NCBI RefSeq assembly: GCF_963921235.1
Contig: NC_086097.1
Location: 89,158,001 to 89,222,000 of the forward strand
Reading direction: 5' to 3'
From: Mobula hypostoma
Taxonomy: Eukaryota
Length of the DNA stretch: 64,000 nt
Made by a program: the position numbers and the translations under genes. The notes under the pieces were generated by a model that saw only the letters and a list, made by a program, of their open reading frames with translations, ran no database searches and was not told the origin of the DNA. Below are positions 12,701 through 24,750 of this stretch, one piece after another (within the stretch, counting starts at the first letter, position 1; every line of letters starts with the position of its first letter).

Positions 12701-12865
12701 TGGACACTGTAAATTGCTCCGTCCCAGTTTATAAGTACATGGTAGAATCGGTGGCTGGTTGAATGATGAAATACAGAATGCGATTACTGTAGGATTAGTT
12801 TAAATGGGTGGTTGAAGGAGAGTGCCAACAGAATCTGCTCTCACCTTCAACCACCCATTTAAACA

Positions 12866-14409
12866 CTTCTGCACTGCTTAAAATGGACGGAGGGGTGAAC
12901 CTACAGTTCATTGCAGATGACTAAGCCTCATTCACTGTCAAACACTATGCCAGAGCCACTGTAGTGTTTGGTGGTTATGGGGTTGGGCCAAGCATAATGA
13001 ACTGTACTCATCAGTGTGGAAGTAGAAATTTGAATGCGAACAAGGTGAACATTACAGTGGCGACAAAATTTGGTGGAAAAAAGGAGGACTTCTTGTCGAA
13101 TGAGGCAAACAAGCAGGTAACTATCCAGCTCATCATGGAATGTTTGCGACAGAGAGGCTGTGAAGTGATTCAAGCTGAAGGAGATGCCGACGTTGAGATC
13201 GCAAAAGCAGCCATCACAATGTCTGCTTTCAAATCTACCACCCTCGTTGGGGAAGACACAGATCTCCTCGTACTCTTGCTCTACCATGTAGTGGTAACAA
13301 ACTGCACTGAACTCTATTTCTGCTCAGACAAGGCAAAATCAAATGCCTATAATATCAAGGTCCTTAAGCAGATACTCAGAGAAGCAGCTTGTAATGATCT
13401 ATTGTTTCTCCATGCCTTTACTGGATGCGACTCAATGTCCAGAGTATTTGGGATCAGAAAGAAGTCGGGGTTCAAAGAATCATCAAGAAAGAAAAGGGAA
13501 TCAGAGATGGTTTGAAAACGTTCTTTTCACCAAAGCAAAGTCAGGACGTTGTGAAAACCAGTGGCTGTAGGACAATGGTGGTGTTGGTCAATGGAAATCA
13601 GAATGACTGCCTGGCATCTATCAGATACAATGTGCTCTGCAAGAAATTTGCAAGAGCTAAGACTTTTGTCATGCCTGAAAGACCGGCACCAACCACCTCG
13701 GCCTGTAAATTTCACTCCCTGCAGACTTACTACGAGGTTATGGAGTGGATGGGCTGTAGTGATGAAATGGAGCCGTCTGAGTGGGGATGGAGGGTAGAAG
13801 GGGAAAAACTCCTTCCAGTGATGACAGACAAAAGACCTGCTCCAGAAGTAGTTATTCAGATGATTCACTGCAGCTGTTCGGGAGGGTGCAATATGCTGTT
13901 TATCTGCAGAAAGCATGAGCTGGAATGCACCAGTGCATGAGGGCATTGCCAAGATGGCAACAGTGACAATATGATAAATGAGCCAATGATAGAAGAGGAT
14001 GATGAACAAGACTGCATCTGAGAAGCCATAAGGTAGCATATTATGTGTCATGACGTCAGTACTTAATACCAGAGTTGTCCCTTGATTATGTCATTGATGA
14101 TGTCATGACATCAGTACAAATGCAACTTTCATTCCAGAAACAACTGTTATTTGAAAAACATTGGTGAAAAGAGCATTCATGAAAACATCAGGTTTAAAAA
14201 AAGTTGCAATTTGATGGTTATCAGTCAGATTTTTGACACTTTTTCTGCTGGCAGCCATCTTGTTTTTTGATGTCATTTTTGAAGACTTTCCCAAGTGTCA
14301 AAATTGTCCAACTTTTGATATGTTGTTCTCCACATCGAATAGTACAATAAACCATCATAAAATTTTTTTTGCAATATTTTTGGGGTTAGGTGGTATATTG
14401 ACCCACCTG
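12866..14409 (+). mobile_element. 5'-truncated Academ-like (XPG nuclease + Cys-rich finger) DNA transposon relic
   Basis: ORF pieces 12964-13515 and 13425-14021: VVFGGY, AEGDADV, VGEDTDLLVLL, LHAFTGCD (FEN1/XPG-like motifs), then WGW and CSCSGGC....CRK..LECT..*GHC. Candidate right terminus ...TATTGACCCACCTG. Confidence 0.7.
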
Positions 14410-17029
14410 TGTTTCTATCGCTCTATGACACTACCCTTGATCTTCCTGAGTAATGTGTAACAGTTTTTGTTTATTGTGAACATGGGCAGGCAAGCTTAAG
14501 GTGTGCAAGTAACAGAAAAAAATATTTATTGTTCTTGGAAGCAGACTTGGCTCAGGTGGCTGATGTAAACCTATTTCTAGCTACTTAGTTTTGGTTTGGT
14601 TTAGCACATCCCTTGCTGGTCCCTGAATAGTCCAGCTCAGTAGATATTGGCTATATTTAAAATATCTGCAAGTTTGCTTGAATCAAACATTTCAATACTT
14701 TAATATTTTTGATAAAATCTACTTGTTTGAATGCCAGTGCAGGAACAATGTCACAGATTGCACAGCCACACTTCTACTTTGTGTGTGTGTGTCTGTCTCC
14801 CAGAGATAATAGTTAGGCTTCTGATCTTGCACCTGCTAAAATTCAATTAAAATTTTCCATTTCGTGCTGACTGGGTTATGTTTGAAGAAGCAAAGAAGTA
14901 AACTTTTTACTTTTTCTGAGGCTTCATGAAAATCTCATTCACTCCTTTTGTGCTTCCAATGACCACCCCACTTTCCCTTGCATCAAAACCTATGCTCGTC
15001 TTTCCCATAATTCTGCCTTTGAATCCCTGAATAGAGTATCCTGGCTTTTGCCTGGGGAATGAGTAGGATTTTCCCATTACTTGTTTCACCTCCCAACTTC
15101 AGTAACCTCTGCGCTTGCTAACCCTAGCCTCCTACAACTTGAGGATTCAGTTTTGGGATTTTGTATATCCCTGATGTAAATTGCTGTGTTTTCAATTGCC
15201 AAGATGCTTAGTTCTGAAATTTCCTCTTTAAACCTATGCACTTATTTTTCCCTTTTTGATGTGCTGCAGGCATTTTGCTGTTAAAGTACCATACTATATT
15301 GAAGATGATATGCAAATGAAATTATATTTCCTGAGGAATAGAACACTTGAATCTTGACATGACCAACCGTGGTTTGCATGAAATATCATGGAGGGTGCTT
15401 GGAATAGGTGTCAAGGCACGGTGTGGTGAAGATCTTGTGTCTAGTACAGGGTGATAATGTGGCATGGACAGGTGATTGGGTGGGTGGTGATGTTGGAGTG
15501 TCAAGGGCATCACTGTAAGGTCACTGGTTAAAGATACAAAGGGACTTGGGGGTCCTTGTACAGGATTCCCTAAAGATTAACTTGCAACTTGAGTTGAAGG
15601 TAAATGCAATGTTAGGATTCATTTTGAGTGGACTAGAATATGAAAGCACGGATGTAATGCTGAAGTTTTATAAGACATTGGTGAAACTGCACTTGGAATG
15701 TTTTGAGTGGAATGGGCCGCTTATCTAGAAAAAGATGTGCTGCCACTGGAGAGGGTCCAGAGGAGGTTCATGAGAATGATCCCGGGGATGAAATGGTTAA
15801 CATATGGGGAGCATTTGATGAACAAGAATTCAGTGCGAGCTTCTTAATATTATGCAAGAGAGGTCCTAACCTTTTGTGACCTTGGTGCTGCTTGAAGATC
15901 TTTACAGACAATTGTGCACTTCCTTAACAATGGTCAATGTTGTGATGCAAGAAATATGGCTGTAAACTTTGCAAAGCAAGTTCTGCAATCATCAATGTGC
16001 TGCTAATGAGTTTTGGTATGGTGATAAGTCACAGAATGAGTATGAACCATACAGATCTTCCAATTCTCCCTTACCATATGTGCCTTTGGTTAAAGTGGCC
16101 CCTGTTGCAAAGATGCCTCAAATTAAAAAAAACGTTGACAGCAAATGAGATGTTAGTTTAACCTTCTTCTATCTCTGTAACCTTCTGCAGTCCAGTAATC
16201 CATCAAGAGTATAATATTCCTCTAAATCTGGGATCTTACATGTTCTCAATTATGTATTCTCCACTGTTGACAGCCATTGGTTCATTAAACCATAGAACTG
16301 TATTCAGCATATTCACCAGCCTTCATTCACCTCAAAGAAAAAAAGTTACCACTTAAACCTCTATGCAGCTCCCTTTTTCTTTAAGATGCTGGTTAAAATT
16401 AAATCTTGTTCATTTTAATATTTCAAAACGTGATTTGCCGCTGTTTTACTGGACTCTGCAGATTTGTGCGATGCATTTTGTAGGCTTCAGGGTTCCTTAG
16501 AAGTAGTGTTGCTCATTTAATATGCTCTATAGATTTTTTTGCAATGAATGAATATTCAGTGACAATTAAATTGTACTATATTGTACTATAATTGTACTGT
16601 AAAATGGCATTTAGTTTTACTAACAATCATTTACTTTGTGTACTATGCGTAATACTGTGAAGCAAGTTCTACAATCAGTAATGTACTAATGCCCAGATTC
16701 TGTTTGATCAATGTTTATGGTGGTTGATCTAAGCAATTTTTAATACTCTCTCTCTTTTTCTATCCTGTGTGCTTTGGGCTAAAGTGGCTTCTGTCTTATT
16801 GTAGCCTTGTATGTAAAGTCATCCTTGTTGGCAGATAATTCAACAGCTTCCCTCTCTATCTTGGTAAACTCCTGAAGTCCTACAACCTGATTTTTTTTTT
16901 CTCATTCCAATTCTGGCTTTTTCCACATTTCCAATTACCTTATCTCCGTAGCAAAATGAAAGCATACCCATGTCAAGGCAACTGAAGTCACATGGTCAGC
17001 TGAGTCCATGGCGGCCTTCCTCTATGGTG

Positions 17030-17430
17030 AGCTTATGGAGGTTTATAATCTCACAAGAGGTGTAGTTAGGGTGAATGCACACAGTCTTTTCCCAGCGTTA
17101 GAGTATCAAGAATTAGAGGGTATAGGTTTAAGGTGAGAGGAGAAAGTTTTAATCAGAACATGAAGGGCATCTTTTTTTTAAACACAAAGGGTGGTGTGCA
17201 GATGATATTAAAGCCGATTCTGACTCTGCATGTTGAATGAGCTGCCATAGGATGTGGTTGAGGAAGGTGCAATAACAACTTTTAAAGCACAATAGGACAG
17301 GTACACGGAAAGGAAAGGTTTTAGAAGGTTATGGGCCAAATGTTGGGAAATGGGACTGTCTTGGATGGACCGTCGTGATCAGTATGGAGCAGTGGGACTG
17401 AAGAGCCTGTTTCTGTGCTAAAGGACTCTA
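17030..17430 (+). mobile_element. CR1 3' fragment
   Basis: GAGGTTTATAA...AGAGGGTATAGGTTTAAGGTGAGAGG...GCCTGTTTCTGTGCT tail typical of the CR1 copies in this window. Confidence 0.75.
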
Positions 17431-19049
17431 TCTGCCAGATTGGAGTTCCAAAATTTGCTTCCTAAACTTTGCTGCAGCTCCTCACAAAGGTCCCTATCAG
17501 CTTGCCTCATTACACAAACTGTTGGTCCTTTTCCCTATTATCAGCTCACTTTAAGATTTTACCCACAAAGGGAAGTAATTTCTATTGATCCTATTGACAT
17601 TAGCAGTTTAAAGTTAGACCAGTCTTCAATCTTCTGTATCCTTTGGTATTTGCATTTGAAAAGTTTTTGACCCAGCTTTGGACCTTTTCCATTGGCCCAT
17701 TGTTGAGCAATTATCAGAGCTGGCAGGTTCTAACTGTCGTTAATAGACTTGAGTTGGACCTAGCTTTATTCTCTAGTGGGAGAAGGGAGAAAGAGCCACA
17801 GAGGTTGAAACTATCAAAGAGAGCTGAAAAAAGACTTGCTGTAGGTTCTGTTATATTATGAGGAGTGGGGGGGGGGCAGGTAGATATAAAAGTATTTCTA
17901 ATGATATAGAAATTCAAAAACATTGAATCAAAAGTTAATCCAGTAAATTTCTTCTCCTGGAGGTAACAGGAAATATGAAGCTGGCTATAATGAGTAATTT
18001 GATGAGAAGCATTTAAGGGAAAGCAGGATAGTACAAGGGAGACCAAGCAGTTGCTTGTGTTAGATGTTGCACTTCCACCACCATCAGAGGACTATGTGGA
18101 GATAATATACTCTCACCAAGGTATCTTTTTCTTAGGTGCAAATCAGAGATCCCTAGCATCTCACCAATGTAGAGCAATAGGATTTGGCCAGTCTCAGCTA
18201 TTGGGAACTTGCATGGTACAATACTTGCTGGCAGTATTGCATCTCAGTATGTCCCATTTGTCAGTCTCCCCTTAAGGCCTGGCAGTGCTTCAAATTTGAA
18301 ACTCTTAGAGACCTGCAACCCTTGAAGATATTTGCTTGTGTCCACTTCTGGCTACAAACATTTCTAAATTCAATTGCTGCACGATTGGCAGTTACACCAG
18401 TGCTGCTGACATCCCAGGCCCTGGAGTTCTCTCCTTAGCCCTCTACACTGACTTCTTCCTTTGCTCTCTAACTCAACTATTAGCTGACTCTCCCTATATC
18501 ATCTTGAATTTTAGGTAATCACTGCTGCGAAGTTCCTCAGGACCTTTTCACTGCTTGAAAGGCACTAGTAAGATGTTTTGTCTGAGTAGTTTCTTTTCTC
18601 ACTGTTTATTGAAAATAGCCTTGGTTTTGTGCCAACTCAAGGGTGTGGCAGGAAGTAAGCATGGTTGTTATTCAGAACCTGTTATATTGACATGGGACTG
18701 TTTTAAAATGGGATACTCAACATGTACATAGCATGTAGTGTGAATCACCTGATGAGCATTACCTTTAGAGGCAGCTGAGTGATGTGCCCAAACGGAATTT
18801 GATTCTTACTGTGCTCCTCAATCTTTTGGCAGTGATTCCTATTCGTGATAACAGCACATCTGTGGACTTTGTTCAGGACTGATTGAGCCAGCAGCTACAA
18901 GGTGATATGTTATCCCAGTCATACAAGTTCCTGCCTGTGCTGTAATTACAGATTGGAGTTGGATTCCATCTTTTTCACTTCTTTATGTTTAGTGTTAGGA
19001 ATTGCAGAGTGTAAAGATGTAATTTGGCGTAGGGGGCAAGAAGGAAGGT

Positions 19050-19670
19050 CAATCAGTGGCAAACATAAGTCACTGTCTCTGATCCTATACTTGTTCCAGT
19101 TATTCCACTTTCCATTCCCATTCCGGTATGTCTGTACATGGCTTCCTCTACTGTCGTGATGAGGCCACACTCAGGTTGGAGTAATAACACCTTATATTCT
19201 GTCTGGGTAGCTTTCGATCTGATGGCATGAACATTGATTTTTTTTGAACTGGTAATGGGCCCCCAGCCACCTTCAACTTTCCCCATCCTCTTTTCCTTCT
19301 CTCACCTTATCTCCTTACCTGCCTATTGCCTCCCGCGGTGCTCCTCCCCCTTTTTTCCATGGTCTTTTTTTCTCTCCTATTAGATACACCATCTCCACAC
19401 TTATATTTCTCTGAACAATCAACTTCCCAACTCTTTACTTCACCACCCTCCTCCTGGTTTAACCTATCACCTGGGTTTCTCCCTCTCCTCCCCCACCTTC
19501 TAACTTCGACTCTTCATCTTTTTCCCCCCAGTCCTGCTGAAAGGTCTCAGCCTGAAACATTGACTGTTGACTCTTTTCCATAGATGCTGCCTGGCCTGCT
19601 GAGTTCCTCCAGCATTTTGTGTGTGTTGCTTGAATTTCCAGCACCTGCAGATTTTCTCTTATTTGTGACA
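19050..19670 (+). mobile_element. Penelope-like element 3' end (GIY-YIG C-terminus + terminal repeat)
   Basis: Homologous to 42866-43460 in the opposite orientation (GCCACACTCAGGTTGGAG..CCTTATATTC.GTCTGGGTAGC). Hammerhead-like motif at 19529-19566. Confidence 0.8.
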
Positions 19671-19849
19671 GGAAGGTTTGGTTTTATGGAGACATAAAAC
19701 ACTGGAGATACTGGAACAAAAGTCAAACTGCTGTAGGGTCCAGCTATCCTATAGAGCCATGGAGTAATACAGCACAGAAAAAGGCCTTCAGCCCAACAGG
19801 CCATGACAACCACTACATCCTCATACTAGTTCCAGTTACCCACATTCAG

Positions 19850-20710
19850 GACATAGCCATAAACTACACACAAAAGACAGACAAATACCAAATGTGCAAC
19901 AGATAACAAACTGCAAATATGAAAAGAAAAAAAATTAAAGAAAATAATAATTATAATTAAAATAAAACAATAAATATCCAGAACATGAGATGAAGAGACC
20001 TTGAAAGTGAGTCCATAGATTGTGGGACGTTCAGTGTTGCAGAGAGTGAAGTTACCCCTTTGGTTCAAGAACCTGATCGTTGAGGGTTAATAACTGCTCT
20101 TGAAGTTAGTGGTGTGGGTTCTGAGGCTCCTGTATCACCCCTGATGGCAGCAGTGAGAAGACAGCATGGCCTGGATAGTGCTGGTCCTTGATGATGGTTG
20201 CTGCTTTCCTGCAACATGTAGATGTGCTCAGTGATGGGGAGGGATTTAGTCAACAAGAGAAAATCTGCAGATGGTGGAAATTCAACCAGCATCTATACGG
20301 AAAAGTGTGCAGTCAACGTTTCAGGCTGAGACCCTTCATCAGGACTAGTGAGGGATCTCAACCTGAAATGTCAACTGTACTCTTTTCCAGAGATGCTGCC
20401 TGGCCTGCTGAGTTCCTCCAGCATTTTTTGTGTGTTCCTCGACTTTTGTAGGCTTTTCATTCAAAGGTATTGGTGTTTCCATACCAGACTTTGATGCAGC
20501 CAGTTAGTATACGCTCCACCGTGCATCTATAGAAGTTTGTCAAAGTTAGATGGCATACCAAGTCTTTGCAAGCTTCTAAGAAAGTAGTGGTACTACTGTG
20601 CTTTCTTTGTAATGGCACTTGCATGCTAGAACCAGGACAGATCTCCTGAAATGATAATACCAAGGACTTTAATGTTGCTGACCCTCTCCACTTCATCCCC
20701 TGATGAGACT
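19850..20710 (-). mobile_element. Rex1/Babar-type LINE 3' fragment, interrupted by a fold-back element at about 20250-20440
   Basis: ORF 20457-20696 contains LTNFYRCTVERILTGCIKVWYGN. Confidence 0.75.
20311..20346 (-). ncRNA. Minimal type I hammerhead ribozyme motif (Penelope-associated)
   Basis: - strand reads AGTC-CTGATGA-AGG(GTCTCAG)CCT-GAAA-CG-TT-GACT: stem I AGTC/GACT, intact CUGAUGA and GAAA cores, stem II AGG/CCU, palindromic ACGU in place of stem III, GUU cleavage triplet. Confidence 0.7.
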
Positions 20711-21925
20711 GGCTTTTATTTTTATTGTTATGAGTTTTAGACCTTTATCAGCATTTTAGTCCTTTGTTAAAGCTGCCTAAATGATCTCCCAACCCCCAGA
20801 TTTACCGCTCTTGCTATTTGTGGTATTTTTATAGATAGTATTTTCTCAAATATATTAAGGCACATATGTTCATCAGAATTTTATGTTTTATTTGCAAGGC
20901 AAACCACTTAAGCTACAAATATAATTTTTATGTCTTTAATGGTCTGCATTCCACTTAGTCTAATTTTTACACAGCAGCTCACCACACCTTCTCAAGCAAC
21001 TGGGACATGGAAAGTCCACATCCATAGATTCAGAATGCAACATACCCGTGCATGTAGATACACAGTGATACTTCCCTTTTTGAAGAAAATTATTTTTGTC
21101 AATGTATTTAAACTTTCAACAGTCAAGACACAAGTATCTAATCAAAATACACATTTCTCATGATCATAACTAGCTTTTTAGAATGAATTGACATCCAGCT
21201 GGAGTTTCTGTAGTTGAATGTATGGAAGGAATGCCAGTACTGCTGTTTGATGAGGTGCCCCTGTAGCAGGCAGTACTGTTTTGGGAATTTCCCATGGTAA
21301 AGGATCTGCTGGTTTGAAAATTGGTGGGTTTTCTTGATTCCAAGTACTCATTCTCAAATTGTCCGTGGTTCCGTTCCGACAGAGGATCACCAAGCTGAAA
21401 TATTAACCGTTCCCACTTTCACAGATGCTATTTCACCTCCTGCTGAGTGTTTCCAACGTTTTCAGTTTTCATTTCAGACTTTCAGCAGATTTTTTTAGTC
21501 TTCATGGTGAAGATATCAGAAACAGAAGCAAGCTCACTCTTTCTCCTTGTCCATAGTTGGCTAATTATTGTGCCTACTCCATAACTTGTATCACATCCAA
21601 ACTTTAACTCCCTTGTAGTATTCTAATACTTCAAGCGGATCTTCACTAGTGAAGCTTTTCTCACCTTCATCATTTGCTGTTGGTGCTCCTAGCTGCACAA
21701 CCATTTCAACAAGTGATACAGTTGTTAGAATGCTACCAGAAGTTCTAGAAGTAATCGGCACCCTCCCTAGGAAGAGCCATAGTTCTACAACATGTACAAT
21801 ACTTTTTTGCTTCAGCGGTGACTACTGTTACTGGATGTGGACTATTACCATTGACATGAAAACTTAAGATCCACTACTATCCATTTCAAATAACTATACC
21901 TGGTTTCCATTAGTGTCTTCTTTCG

Positions 21926-24750
21926 TAGAAACATAGAAAACTTACAGCACAATACAGGCCCTATCTCCTTACCTTAGAAATTACTTATGGTTACCCATAG
22001 CCCTCTATTTTTCTAAGCTCCATGTACCTATCCAGGAGTCTCTTAAAAGACCCTATCGCTTCTGCTTCCACCACCGTTGCCGGCAGCCCATTCCACACAC
22101 TCACCACTCTGAGTAAAAAAAACTTACCCCTGACATCTCCTCTGTACCTACTTCCAAGCATCTTAAAACTGTGCCCTCTCATGTTAGCCATTTCAGCCCT
22201 GGGAAAAAGCCTCTGACTATCCACACGATCAATGCCTCTTATTATCTTGTACACCTCTATCAGGTCACCTCTCATCCTCCGTCTCTTCAAAGAGAAAAAG
22301 CCGAGTTCACTCAACCTATTCTCAGAAGACATGCTCCCTAATCCAGGCAACATCCTTGTAAATCTCCTCTGCACCCTTTCTGTGGTTTCCACATCCTTCC
22401 TGTAGTGAGGCGACAAGAACTGAGCACACTGGTCAACACAGTGGGGTCTGAAGAGGGTCCTATATAGCTGCAACATTACCTCCTGGCTCCTAAAGTCAAT
22501 CCTACGATTGATGAAGACCAATACACCATATGCCTTCTTATCCACAGGGTCAACCTGCGCAGCTGCTTTGAGCGTCCTATGGACTCGGGCCCCAAGATCT
22601 CTCTGACCCTCCACACTGCCAGTAGTCTTATCATTAATACTATATTCTGCCATCATATTTCACCTACCAAAATGAACCACTTCACATTTATTTGGGTTTA
22701 ACTCCATCTGCCACTTCTCAGCCCGGTCTTGCATCCTATCAATGTTCCACTGTAACCTCTGACAGCCCTCCACACTATCCCCAACACCCTCAACCTCTGT
22801 GTCATCAGCAAACTTACTAACCCATCCCTCCACTTCCTTATCCAGATCATTTATAAATATCACAAAGAGTAGGGGTTCCAGCATAGGTCCCTGAGGCACA
22901 CCATTGGTCACCAGCCTCCATACAGAGTATGACCCGTCTACTACCGCTCTTTGCCTTCTGTGGCAAGCCAGTTCTGGATCCACGAAGCAAGGTCCCCATG
23001 GATCCCATGCCTCCTTACTTTCTCAATAAGCCTTGCATAGGGTACTTTATCAAATGCCTTGCTGAAATCCATATACACTACATCTATTGCTCTACTTTCA
23101 TCAATGTGTTCAGTCACATCCTCAAAAAAATTCAATCAGGCTCATAAGGCACGATCTGCCTTTGACAAAGCCATGCTGACTATTCCTAATCATATTATGC
23201 CTCTCCAAATGTTCATAAATCCTGCCTCTCAGGATCTTCTCCATCAACTTACCAACCACTGAAGTAAGGCTCACTGGTCTATAATTTCTTGGGCTATCTC
23301 TACTCCCTTTCTTGAGTAAGGGAACAACATCTGCAACCCTCCAATCCTCTGGAACCTCTCCCGTTCCCATTGATGATGCAAAGATCATTGCCAGAGGCTC
23401 AGCAATCTCCTCCCTCACCTCCCAGAGTAGCCTGGGGTACATCTTGTCCAGCCCTGGTGACTTATCCAACCTGATGCTTTCCAAAAGCTCCAGCACATCC
23501 TCTTCCTTAATATCTACATGCTCAAGCTTTTCAGTCTACTGTAAATCATCCCTACAATCACCAAGATCCTTTTCTGTAGTGAATACTGAAGCAAAGTATT
23601 CATTAAGTATCTTGGCTATTTCCTCCGGTTCCATACACACTTTCCCACAGTCTCAATTGATTGGTCCTATTCTCTCATGTCTTATCCTCTTGCTCTTCAC
23701 ATACTTGTAGCACGCCTTAGGGTTTTCCTTAATCCTGTCTGCCAAGGCCTTCTCATGACCCATTCTGGCTCTCCTAATTTCATTCTTAAGCTCCTTCCTG
23801 CTAGCCTTATAATCTTCTAGATCTCTATCATTACCTAGTTTTTTGAACCTATCGTAAGCTTCGCTTTTCTTCTTGACTAGATTTACAACAGCCTTTGTAC
23901 ACCACGGTTCCTGTACCTACCATCCTTTCCCAGTCTCATTGGAACATACCCATGCAGAATGTCACACAAATATCCCCTGAACATTTGCCACATTTCTGCT
24001 GTACATTTCCCTGAGAACAACTGTTCAGAATTTATGCTGCCAAGTTCCTGCCTGATAGCCTCATACAAACGTTTGTATTTCCCCTTACTCCAATTAAACG
24101 CTTTCCTAACTTGTCTGTTCCTATCCCTCTCTGATGCTGTTATAAAGGAGATAGAATTGTGATCACTATCTCCAAAATGCTCTCCCACTGAACGATCTGA
24201 CACCTGACCAGGTTCATTTCCCAATACCAGATCAAGTACAGCCTCTCCTCTTGTAGGCTTATGTACATGTTGTGTCAAGAAACCTTCCTGAACACACCTA
24301 ACAAACTCCACCCCATCTAAACCCCTTGCTCTAGAGAGGTGCCATTCGATATTTGGGAAATTAAAATCTCCCAGCACGACAGCCCTGTTATTATTACGCC
24401 TTTCCAGAATCTGTCTTCTTGTCTGCTCCTCGATGCCCCTATTGCTATTGGGTGGTCTATAAAAAGCACCCAGTAGAGTTACTGACCCCTTCCTGTTCAT
24501 AACTTCCACTCACAGAGACTCCGTAGACAATCCCTCCATAACTTCCTCCTTTTCTGCAGCCGTGACACTATCTCTGATCAACAATGCCAGACCCCACCTC
24601 TTTTGCCTCCCTTCCTGTCCTTTCTGAAACATATAATGCCTGGCACTCGAAGTAACCATTCCTGCCCCTGAGCCATCCAAGTCTCTGCAATGGCCACAAT
24701 ATCATAGCTCCAAGTACGGATCTATGCTCTAAGCTCATCTGCTTTGTAAT
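21926..24750 (-). mobile_element. CR1 LINE ORF2 (endonuclease + RT), 5'-truncated, frameshifted
   Basis: ORFs with FYRPPNS, LGDFNFP, DSDHN (APE endonuclease) and NYRPVSLTS, QHGF, YMDFSKAFD, GVPQG, KFADDT (RT). (TTCTATG)-like tail at 21926. Confidence 0.95.
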
